Both the position numbers and the translations under genes were made by a program. 64,000 bases of DNA, taken from positions 32,001-96,000 of IMG/VR virus record IMGVR_UViG_3300045988_070924. One strand, written 5' to 3'. Below, piece by piece: positions 57,277 to 64,000 of the stretch (position 1 is its first letter; every line of letters starts with the position of its first letter). This DNA comes from a virus. The notes under the pieces are model-generated. The model had not been told where the DNA came from. It made no database searches and saw only the letters and a program-made list of their open reading frames with translations.

Positions 57277-58393
57277 ATCTTAAATTTACAACTTTACAAA
57301 TAGCTGATACTATATCTCTTATAACACTTTCTTGCAGTAAGGTAGCTGGATGCTGTTCAGAGGAAGGAGTATCATCTATGTGTAATTTAATCTCTCTTCC
57401 TTTGAAGTTACATACAAGTTTACCCTCATAGTTCCTATAATTACTGATACTTTCATTAGCCCTGATAGTATAGATTTTACCATCAACTATCATATACTCT
57501 CCAAGGATGTTCATATCCTTCAAATACCGAAAATCATACAACCTCCTGTATGGATTGTCTTCAAGATTGAACCATTCTATGAACTTATTACTAATCAAGA
57601 TGGCAGCATCATAATAAGACATTCCAAGACAGTATGTTCCATTTGAGTATTCCATAGGAAGAGAGACATTCTTAAGTAAGTATCTTGTGAAATCTGGTAT
57701 GATTCCAAGGTCTACACCCCTAAATTCATATGTAGGTCTTGCTACCTTTCCATAAAATCCTCTGGCTACATAAAGGAACTTCTGTGTCACACCAGAAGTT
57801 GTGTTGGCACCTATAGCTTCAAGTTTCCTATAAGGCACTCCTTCAACTGACTCTACTTGAGTAAAGTCTTCAAGTTCACTACAGAATAACTGCCACATAT
57901 CTTCATCAAACTCCCTGTTAAGACCTCCAATAGTAACATTGATAGGTCCACTTCCAGTACAAGGTGTAAGAAAGTTTAAGAAGTTAGAGGTATTTATTCC
58001 AGGAATATGGGAATGCATATAGTTAGCCCTCATATGACTTAATGGGTAAGTAGCTCTATTGAGATAGAACTTTCCTATAAGTTGCCCCTCTGTATCAATC
58101 TTTACTTTAGCATAAAGGTCTTGTATATCTACAGACTTGTTATACTCATTAGTGACTCTCACTTGAGGAAACCATACAAGTATAAATATACCACTTGGGA
58201 ATGATATAGCATCTGTATTATTCTTCCCTAATGATTTATTTTCACAGAACTTCTCCTTAGTACAGAACCCTCGCATATCCACTTTATCTTCTCCAAAGTA
58301 ATCACTGAATATTTCAAGGATTCTTTTTGGTTTCTCCATCAGGCTGTCATACAGATTTTCCCATTCTTTTTTCTGTTCATCTGTCATATTCAT
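57224..58393 (-). CDS. Hypothetical protein; N-terminal ~170 aa possibly E2/UBC-like
   Basis: N-terminal helix, then 3-4 predicted beta strands ('GIFILVWFPQVRV', 'DIQDLYAKVKID', 'LIGKFYLNR'), then 'YMHSHIPG'-x13-'PCTGSGP'. This is reminiscent of the HPN...Cys flap. Overlaps the JAB gene by 53 nt. Confidence 0.3.
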   Translation of the reverse strand: MNMTDEQKKEWENLYDSLMEKPKRILEIFSDYFGEDKVDMRGFCTKEKFCENKSLGKNNTDAISFPSGIFILVWFPQVRVTNEYNKSVDIQDLYAKVKIDTEGQLIGKFYLNRATYPLSHMRANYMHSHIPGINTSNFLNFLTPCTGSGPINVTIGGLNREFDEDMWQLFCSELEDFTQVESVEGVPYRKLEAIGANTTSGVTQKFLYVARGFYGKVARPTYEFRGVDLGIIPDFTRYLLKNVSLPMEYSNGTYCLGMSYYDAAILISNKFIEWFNLEDNPYRRLYDFRYLKDMNILGEYMIVDGKIYTIRANESISNYRNYEGKLVCNFKGREIKLHIDDTPSSEQHPATLLQESVIRDIVSAICKVVNLRYGRKEEESELDRQTFYV

Positions 58394-58397
58394 CCCT

Positions 58398-58445
58398 ATA
58401 AAAAAGGGGGATAAGGGAGAGGAAATTCATCCTAACCCTTATCCC
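58398..58445 (-). terminator. Rho-independent terminator (minus strand) between the Ubl gene and the rest of the cassette
   Basis: 10-bp stem gggataaggg/cccttatccc (58408-58417/58436-58445). On the minus strand it is followed by CCTTTTTTAT. Confidence 0.7.
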
Positions 58446-58451
58446 TCATTA

Positions 58452-59123
58452 TTAGAAGTTAAACTGTTCAGCAAGTTCATCATAGGACTGCTCCCTTTCT
58501 ACAGGAAGAGCAGGCTCACCATTGACAACACCCCAGATGTTATCAGCATCATGCTGCATGAAAACTCCCTTAGATACCATCTCATCAAGAAGGTTTCTAA
58601 GATTAGACATCATTTCTTTTCCTGATGCTGGCATAGTATAGGCATCTGCCTTAACTACTTTCTCCTTTGCTATAGGAGCAGGAGTATGTTTAGGAGTCTT
58701 CTTGGCTACATTTTCACCAGCTTTCTCCTTCTTCTCTATATAGGAGATAAGGATAGCAGTTGAACACTGGGTGAAGTTCTTTCCCTCATGTTCCTGAATT
58801 TTTCCTTGAAGACCAAGCTCCTTAACTCTTGCATAAGCTTCTTTCCTGTCCATAGCACCAGACTTAATTTTCTTCTGAGGTGCAGTGACCATGAACACAA
58901 GGTCATTAGTTACCTGACCCTTCCAAGGAATGTTAGAAGGGAGGATAGACTCATCAGATGTAAGGATAGTCTTTGAAGCAGCCTCCTTAAATACACAATC
59001 TGAATCATACTTTACCTGTTTTTCTCTCAGTTCATTCTTAAGCTCACCAAGAGTGGTAGCATTTGACTCAAACACAACTTTGCTCTGTGTGCTCTCTACA
59101 AGCACAGTAACTTTTCTACTCAT
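58452..59123 (-). CDS. Protein with N-terminal ubiquitin-like (beta-grasp) domain and helix-extension-helix-like middle domain
   Basis: Residues 4-82 show a beta-beta-alpha-beta...beta pattern: 'KVTVLVE', 'SKVVFES', helix 'TLGELKNELREK', 'CVFKE', 'LVFMVTA'. 'RKEAYARVKELGLQGKI....STAILISYIEKKE' resembles Rho-N/SAP/HeH motifs. Confidence 0.45.
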   Translation of the reverse strand: MSRKVTVLVESTQSKVVFESNATTLGELKNELREKQVKYDSDCVFKEAASKTILTSDESILPSNIPWKGQVTNDLVFMVTAPQKKIKSGAMDRKEAYARVKELGLQGKIQEHEGKNFTQCSTAILISYIEKKEKAGENVAKKTPKHTPAPIAKEKVVKADAYTMPASGKEMMSNLRNLLDEMVSKGVFMQHDADNIWGVVNGEPALPVEREQSYDELAEQFNF

Positions 59124-59135
59124 TTTTGTTTTTTT

Positions 59136-60113
59136 TTAGTTTACTAATTCATATATAACCCCTCTCAGAACCTCTCTTCCATGATTTTTTACTAAATCCG
59201 AAGGGTCCTTGCTCTCCCACTTCTCAGGTATTTCAATCTGAGTAACATTAAATTTCTCAGCAATCATCTCACCATACATCCTTCCATGGTTCTCTTCACT
59301 TTGAAAGTCATTATCATAAAGTACATAAACCTTATTATATCTGTCTTTCAACTGTTGAACTACATGCTCCTTTGGTATATAACCTTCCCCCTGCAAGCTA
59401 AGGGCAGGAATACCTGTATTGGACCATATAGCAAGGGCATCTTTTCTTGATGAAGTGATAATCAGTTTATCACCTTTCTCTGGAATCTTAGTCCATAAAT
59501 CCCATACAGAAGAGTCATGTTTAGACATCCACTTATACTCTTTTGAGTAGGGCTGGTAAATCTTGAATGAGACTATACCATCTTTCCTTTCTACATATAC
59601 ATAAGCATACTTCTCTGCTGGAATAGGATAAGAGTGTCCATTTTTAGTAAAGATAATATGAGATATGGGATATATTTCTCCAAATTTAAGCCAAGGCAGT
59701 GATATTCCATAGGAATCCCAATAGGCAATATCATAGTCCCTCCATTCCCTAACTCTAACTTCAACTTTGCCTGCTGACTTCCTGTACACCTTTACTCCAT
59801 GCTTTCTCATAGGGGCGGGAGCAGGCATATCTTCAAGGATTCTTTTATACACCTTATCTTTGGAGACATTCCACATTTTGGCAAGAAGGTCATACAGACT
59901 TCCTCCTTCTCCACTTCCAAAATCTTTGAACCACAGACTATTGGTCTTGCTGTTTATGAACAATCCCAATGAAGGGTTATTGTCCTGTCTGAGTGGAGAA
60001 TTAATTACTTCAGGAACACAAGTAATACCTAAATACTTGTGTGCAATATCAAAGTCTGAATATAGGTCATTGACCTTCTCAATAGAAGTACTGTCTGAAC
60101 CTCTTGCTACCAT
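59136..60113 (-). CDS. DnaG/Toprim-type DNA primase with cysteine-less zinc-finger-like N-terminus
   Basis: 'SPLRQDNNPS...WFKDFGSGEGGSLYDLL' aligns by eye to the CHC2 finger 'CPFHxDxxPS...yhCFGCGxxGdvi.f', with all ligands replaced. The Toprim-like part is 'LIITSSRKDAL' and 'VYVLYDNDF' (DxD). Confidence 0.6.
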   Translation of the reverse strand: MVARGSDSTSIEKVNDLYSDFDIAHKYLGITCVPEVINSPLRQDNNPSLGLFINSKTNSLWFKDFGSGEGGSLYDLLAKMWNVSKDKVYKRILEDMPAPAPMRKHGVKVYRKSAGKVEVRVREWRDYDIAYWDSYGISLPWLKFGEIYPISHIIFTKNGHSYPIPAEKYAYVYVERKDGIVSFKIYQPYSKEYKWMSKHDSSVWDLWTKIPEKGDKLIITSSRKDALAIWSNTGIPALSLQGEGYIPKEHVVQQLKDRYNKVYVLYDNDFQSEENHGRMYGEMIAEKFNVTQIEIPEKWESKDPSDLVKNHGREVLRGVIYELVN

Positions 60114-60140
60114 ATGGATATATTATTTATAGTTTGTTCT

Positions 60141-61085
60141 TTATTTGCTTCCCCAAGGATTGGCTGGAGCATCTGTGAAATCAGGCATGTCACCAGGAAC
60201 TGCTGCATTGCTCAGGTCAGTTGCACCTACCTGATAAACCTTAAGGTCACATACCTCAAACTCAGTTGTAGGATATGCACCTGCATTCTTCCTCTCCTGT
60301 ACATCCTTGTCAAGTCTTGAATAGTCAGTCACACCATTCTTGAGGAACATCTCAGTATACACAGCCTGGAACTGCTTGTTGTCATCAGTTGTCCTTACTC
60401 CAAAGAGGAGTTTAACCTTATTCTGAGGCTGATAAGTAAGGATTTCATTCAACTCTGAATAGTTACCCTTGAAATAGTTGGAAATCTCATCCAATCTTAC
60501 TTCTGCCTCCTCTGGCTTGTCAATGAGAACCCACTGCTTATTGACATACTTCATTACATTAGGAATGTTGAGATATGCCCTTATGAAGTTAGTGAGCTGC
60601 TCCTCTCCCCAGAAGCATGGTCTATAGTCCTTATCAAGGTTTGCAGGACCATTGGAATATACAGGAATCTCCTTCTTCTCAAACTGCTCTTTGGTTACCC
60701 ATGCAGTTCTACCATACTTGTCAATCACCTGAATCTTATCTCCAGCATTGTTGGTTCTATACTGGTTTCTGAGGAAGAATGACACTCTAGTAAGAGCATC
60801 AATAGGATTTCCCTGAGAGTCTTTGCACTTGGTACCATCTATCTTTAGGATAAAGTCAAGCCTTACCTGTGCTACTTTCTTCTTGTCTTCTCCAACCTCA
60901 GCCTCACCTACATATACTGGGTCATTCTCAAGGGTATTACCATAGAGCTCCTCTAGTTTCTTCTTGTCTGGATTCACTGCAAGTACAAATACTGGTGCTA
61001 CACCAATGTACCTCTTGACTTCTCCTCCCTCAGAGGATATTTTACCCTTTGCTACTGCAAAAAACAGTTTATTCGTTCTACTCAT
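60141..61085 (-). CDS. Putative ssDNA-binding/annealing protein
   Basis: 314-aa ORF between the primase and the RecA-fold ATPase. Beta-rich N-terminal half and acidic/aromatic C-terminal tail ('GDMPDFTDAPANPW'). The call rests on position only. Confidence 0.25.
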   Translation of the reverse strand: MSRTNKLFFAVAKGKISSEGGEVKRYIGVAPVFVLAVNPDKKKLEELYGNTLENDPVYVGEAEVGEDKKKVAQVRLDFILKIDGTKCKDSQGNPIDALTRVSFFLRNQYRTNNAGDKIQVIDKYGRTAWVTKEQFEKKEIPVYSNGPANLDKDYRPCFWGEEQLTNFIRAYLNIPNVMKYVNKQWVLIDKPEEAEVRLDEISNYFKGNYSELNEILTYQPQNKVKLLFGVRTTDDNKQFQAVYTEMFLKNGVTDYSRLDKDVQERKNAGAYPTTEFEVCDLKVYQVGATDLSNAAVPGDMPDFTDAPANPWGSK

Positions 61086-61114
61086 TTGTTTTGTTTGTTT
61101 TAGTTGATTTACTA

Positions 61115-61456
61115 TTAAAGTTCTGGGTTCTCATCTACAGATGCTGATGTATGTCCAGCCTGCATATCAGCAGCTTCTCCCTCCTCTGTATCATCAACAG
61201 TTCCTACAGGAACTTCTGGCATATTCTCAGTCTGTGAAGCTATCTCATCAGCCTCTCCTGAAAGAATCTGCTCAGAAGAATAACCATGTTTGGTTATGAT
61301 AGGAGCCTCCCAGAGGTCAATCTCACTCTGAAGAGCATCTATCTGCATATTAATCTCTTTTCTCTTTGCAAGAAGCTTGCAAATTTTAGCCCTCTTAGGC
61401 TTAATAATCTGTGCTGTCTTTTTAACAGCAGCCAATTCATACCTACTTAATTCCAT
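61115..61456 (-). CDS. Hypothetical protein with acidic C-terminus
   Basis: 113-aa ORF with ATG start. Confidence 0.3.
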   Translation of the reverse strand: MELSRYELAAVKKTAQIIKPKRAKICKLLAKRKEINMQIDALQSEIDLWEAPIITKHGYSSEQILSGEADEIASQTENMPEVPVGTVDDTEEGEAADMQAGHTSASVDENPEL

Positions 61457-61470
61457 TTTGTATCTATTTT

Positions 61471-61860
61471 TTAGTTGTTACTTCCAAAGTAATACTCCTT
61501 CATAGTATCCACAACATACCCAAGGTCATTAGGTATATACAGTGGAAACATTCCCACAGGAGATTTTGCTGGATACTGTCCATCATCATTGGTTACAAAC
61601 TCTCTGATGGACTTCTTTTCTTTCTCATCATATGAGGCTTTTCCATAAAGGACTACTTCAAACTTACCCTCAGGAGTGATATACTGGTCAACCATGTTTC
61701 CAGTACTCTTATATCTGTAAGACAGACTGTCCCCATTCTTATCCTTGTACTCCTCATAATGAGCAAGACAAATCATGTTCTTATCTTCAGGAACCTTGTT
61801 GATTGCATCAAAGATAAGTCCCATACCATAGCCAATCTGCTTTGGTGTCAAGTTGTTATC
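61471..61860 (-). CDS. RecA-fold/AAA ATPase (Sak4-like?), exon 2
   Basis: The listed ORF starts at GTG 61863, with no ATG. The frame joins to exon 1 if ~968 nt are removed. Together the two halves are ~250 aa, the size of core-only phage ATPases. Confidence 0.45.
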   Translation of the reverse strand, partial: DNNLTPKQIGYGMGLIFDAINKVPEDKNMICLAHYEEYKDKNGDSLSYRYKSTGNMVDQYITPEGKFEVVLYGKASYDEKEKKSIREFVTNDDGQYPAKSPVGMFPLYIPNDLGYVVDTMKEYYFGSNN

Positions 61861-61998
61861 CACAGGGCTTTTTATCCCTATGTTCTACATCTTCTTGCAT
61901 AGTTGATGTAGTTCAGCATATATTTTCATCCTATTTAATATAGGAGTTGGATACTCTTGGATACATTATATTCTCTATAAATTATAGAGGTTCAGTAT

Positions 61999-62712
61999 CT
62001 ATGCGTTACACTGTGCAGTTCTTTTATCTACTGCATTTAGCACGGTATTAAGTGCTTTATCCCTTTTTCTTTTTAAGAACACTGTAGCATTTTTATATAA
62101 ATAGTCAAATATTGGTCTTCTGACTTTTATACTATAACTAAAATGTAGACTCCAATAAGGAGTAGTTTTTCTAACCTCTCTGTATATAACCCATTTTAGT
62201 TCAGGAATAGCCTTGATAAATCTATCCTTAATCTGTTCTGCAAATTTAGGAGAGTTACAAATCATACTGAAATGTCTATCTCCTATAGACCCATCTCCAT
62301 CTATAAATCCTCTGATAAAATCTCTTTCAAATTCTTCAGGAATATTAGGAAATTCAAAATCAGCATCATAGGTCTTTCTTGGCTGTATATTGTATAAAGT
62401 CCTTAAGTCATTTATAAGTTCCTTATCACATATCTGAAGAATAGTAGTTTGTTTTCTGTTACCTTCAGGTTGATAAAATCTAAGATTATTATTAGGAGCT
62501 ATCTCTTTTTGTATTAACCTTATAATTTCATCATCCTCTGATACACAACCAAATCTAAGTCTTACTAATTTGCTAGGTCTGTCTTTTCTTATTGACTCCT
62601 CTATAGAGCCGTCTGCTACTAAATAACCTAAAATATAGGCTTTAACTTCAGAATCTATATTTCTGAAGTAATCACTTTTGTGTTCTTTCTTTCCAGGAAT
62701 AAAACTTCTCAT
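61999..62712 (-). CDS. LAGLIDADG homing endonuclease (double-motif)
   Basis: 'LGYLVADGSI' and 'RGFIDGDGSI'. Start ATG 62712 ('MRSFIPGKK') is preferred over the listed 62787 because the promoter box lies at 62734-62741. Confidence 0.85.
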   Translation of the reverse strand: MRSFIPGKKEHKSDYFRNIDSEVKAYILGYLVADGSIEESIRKDRPSKLVRLRFGCVSEDDEIIRLIQKEIAPNNNLRFYQPEGNRKQTTILQICDKELINDLRTLYNIQPRKTYDADFEFPNIPEEFERDFIRGFIDGDGSIGDRHFSMICNSPKFAEQIKDRFIKAIPELKWVIYREVRKTTPYWSLHFSYSIKVRRPIFDYLYKNATVFLKRKRDKALNTVLNAVDKRTAQCNA

Positions 62713-62733
62713 AATTATCATATATTTGGTTGG

Positions 62734-62764
62734 CAAATATACAAATAAATAATGAGAAATGCAA
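62734..62764 (-). promoter_or_regulatory. Bacteroidota-type promoter (TTG-N20-TAtaTTTG) inside the intron, upstream of the LAGLIDADG ORF
   Basis: On the minus strand, TAtaTTTG is at plus 62734-62741 and TTG at plus 62762-62764, with the same 21-nt offset. Confidence 0.55.
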
Positions 62765-62828
62765 TACCCTTCACCGTTTTTACCCAATTATTTTCACATA
62801 GATTACTCTATGCAGGGACACACATTCT

Positions 62829-63194
62829 ATCCCATCCTCCCTTGAGAGCATTCTTCATATAGAAGTCCTGAGATATGTAGTTCATATCATCAAGAACTAT
62901 GTTCTCATAAGGGGAATTAGCAAGCAATTCAATTACTGCTGCAATGGTCTTTGCATCATTAGAGATAAGTCTGTTCCCAGATGCTATCTCAGCAGGGAAA
63001 GTCTTGTCTGTTGGCTGACTCTTAACCTTGGCAATCTTATACTGAGAAGCAGCACCTCTAAAAGGAAGAGGTTTATTCACACAGCTAATCAGATAAGTCT
63101 TGGCTGGGTCAAGCCCTTTAAGTCCCAATTCAGGAATAGCACCAATTGAGGTACTCTTCCCAAATCCACTTTTTGCAAGCACTAATGCTTTCAT
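62829..63194 (-). CDS. RecA-fold/AAA ATPase (Sak4-like?), exon 1
   Basis: Walker A 'LAKSGFGKST' and Walker B 'NIVLDDMNY'. The listed ORF reads 6 extra codons ('RMCVPA*') into the insert. Confidence 0.55.
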
Positions 63195-63200
63195 CTACAC

Positions 63201-64000
63201 TTATTTCTTAAAAATTTTTCTCAAATACATAAAGAAAGACTTAGCCTTTCTTTTCATCTTCTGTTTGTTAAGATTATCTATGTAGCCATAGACACTCTCA
63301 AGTCCAGCACTGTCTGTTGGTAAAGGAAGTTCATTGAATGTACTTACTGCACCATTGAAGAACAATGGACATATGTTTCCTGCTGAACCATAATCCCTAT
63401 CTTCAATAACTTCCATAAACCTTATATAGTTCCTAAACTTCTTGATGTCATACCCTTCAAAATCAGGTATTCCATACTTGAATGGTGAGTATAGACCAAT
63501 CACAAGATTTGCATCTCTGGTGGTAGTCTTACAGTCAGCCAATCCATCTGATGATGGTTTAAGCCTGTTCAGTTTTTGATTCTCAATACCTTCTTGGGCT
63601 TGAGCCTGATGCTGAATAAGCACAAATATGAACTGCATCTGATTTCTTAAAGTAATACCATGCTTTGAAAGTTTGTCAATGGATTCCCTCTTGTCCAGAC
63701 CTTTTTCCAAAGATATATTAGAAGCATTATCCACTATGACAATCTTGTACTCTTCTGGGTCATCAGGAGTATAAGGTTCAGTAGGGTCAAGTATCCTTAC
63801 TTCCTCTTCCTCACCAGTCAGTTTGTTCTTGTTCTTGACTGTCTTATAATTGTAATGACCATGCTCTTCTGCATAAGCTCTGCACTTTTTGTTTATTCCA
63901 GTAGGATTTCTGTCAGTATCTATATATTCCACCATTTCCTCAAACTTCCTTATATAGGCTTGATACCTTTCACTTTTAAGAAGTTCAAAGATATGAGGGT
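63201..64000 (-). CDS. DnaB/gp4-like replicative helicase, C-terminal part (5' end outside window)
   Basis: The frame stays open upstream of the listed Met to the window edge. 'YKIVIVDNASNI' is Walker-B-like. 'FVLIQHQAQAQ' and 'DANLVIGLY' resemble DnaB H3/H4 regions. Walker A is not in the window. Confidence 0.5.
   Translation of the reverse strand, partial: PHIFELLKSERYQAYIRKFEEMVEYIDTDRNPTGINKKCRAYAEEHGHYNYKTVKNKNKLTGEEEEVRILDPTEPYTPDDPEEYKIVIVDNASNISLEKGLDKRESIDKLSKHGITLRNQMQFIFVLIQHQAQAQEGIENQKLNRLKPSSDGLADCKTTTRDANLVIGLYSPFKYGIPDFEGYDIKKFRNYIRFMEVIEDRDYGSAGNICPLFFNGAVSTFNELPLPTDSAGLESVYGYIDNLNKQKMKRKAKSFFMYLRKIFKK

Larger units (their letters stand above)
61861..62828 (-). mobile_element. 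Putative group I intron (~968 nt) with LAGLIDADG ORF, splitting the ATPase gene
   Basis: The 5' exon would end in U (GAU, 62829) and the insert in G (61861), giving '...KGGWD|DNNLTPKQIGYG'. The 135-nt 3' non-coding part (61864-61998) is full of short hairpins. The boundary is only one of several possibilities. Confidence 0.4.

Noticed and set aside
1-64000. Stop-codon reassignment (TAG or TGA recoding), as reported for some crAss-like lineages.
   Set aside because: Under the standard code the late genes are already intact ORFs of up to 2732 codons, with tight gene packing. I found no suppressor tRNA and no in-frame stop clusters.
1-64000. CRISPR arrays, an integrase or attachment site, prophage borders, and rRNA or tRNA genes.
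   Set aside because: I noticed no regularly spaced direct repeats, no tyrosine or serine recombinase motifs, and no cloverleaf-compatible sequences in the intergenic gaps. The gaps are short and are accounted for by terminators and promoters.

Overview
AT-rich, densely packed double-stranded DNA phage fragment with two convergent gene arms. By gene content it looks like a crAss-like (Crassvirales-type) podophage of a Bacteroidota host. All function calls come from motifs read by eye in the supplied translations and DNA. No database search was run, and motif coordinates may be off by 1-2 nt.

Plus arm (1-26.0 kb), the late/virion block:
- the tail end of an Ig/BACON-like repeat protein
- a three-gene lysis-type cassette
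- an acidic scaffold-like protein and a 504-aa candidate major capsid protein
- a run of small head/tail proteins, including an HU/IHF-like protein
- a 1894-aa tail protein
- three large presumed internal/ejected proteins (710, 610 and 1766 aa)

Minus arm (26.1-64.0 kb):
- a 1358-aa protein and a 2732-aa giant protein carrying the DFDID two-barrel RNA polymerase motif, as in virion RNAPs of crAss-like phages
- a long translationally coupled replication and nucleotide-metabolism block: vWA protein, ThyX, metallophosphoesterase, HNH endonuclease, HicA-like toxin, RNA ligase, DUF3310, family-A DNA polymerase, retropepsin-like protease, dUTPase, NrdG/NrdD, two PD-(D/E)XK nucleases, UDG, primase, SSB-like protein, RecA-fold ATPase, and a DnaB-like helicase truncated by the window edge

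Main findings:
1. A four- to five-gene cassette at 54.4-59.1 kb encodes a ThiF/E1-like enzyme, a JAMM/JAB metalloprotease, a candidate E2-like protein and a protein with a ubiquitin-like N-terminal domain. It sits between primase and UDG. This is my best candidate for the undescribed system.
2. The DNA polymerase and the ATPase genes are each interrupted by a roughly 0.9-1.0 kb intron-like insert carrying a LAGLIDADG gene.
3. Nine sites share the same Bacteroides-type promoter layout, TTG-N20-TAnnTTTG. They precede late operons, the RNAP gene and all three homing-endonuclease genes, but not the other early or replication genes.

No tRNA, CRISPR array, integrase or sign of stop-codon reassignment was seen.
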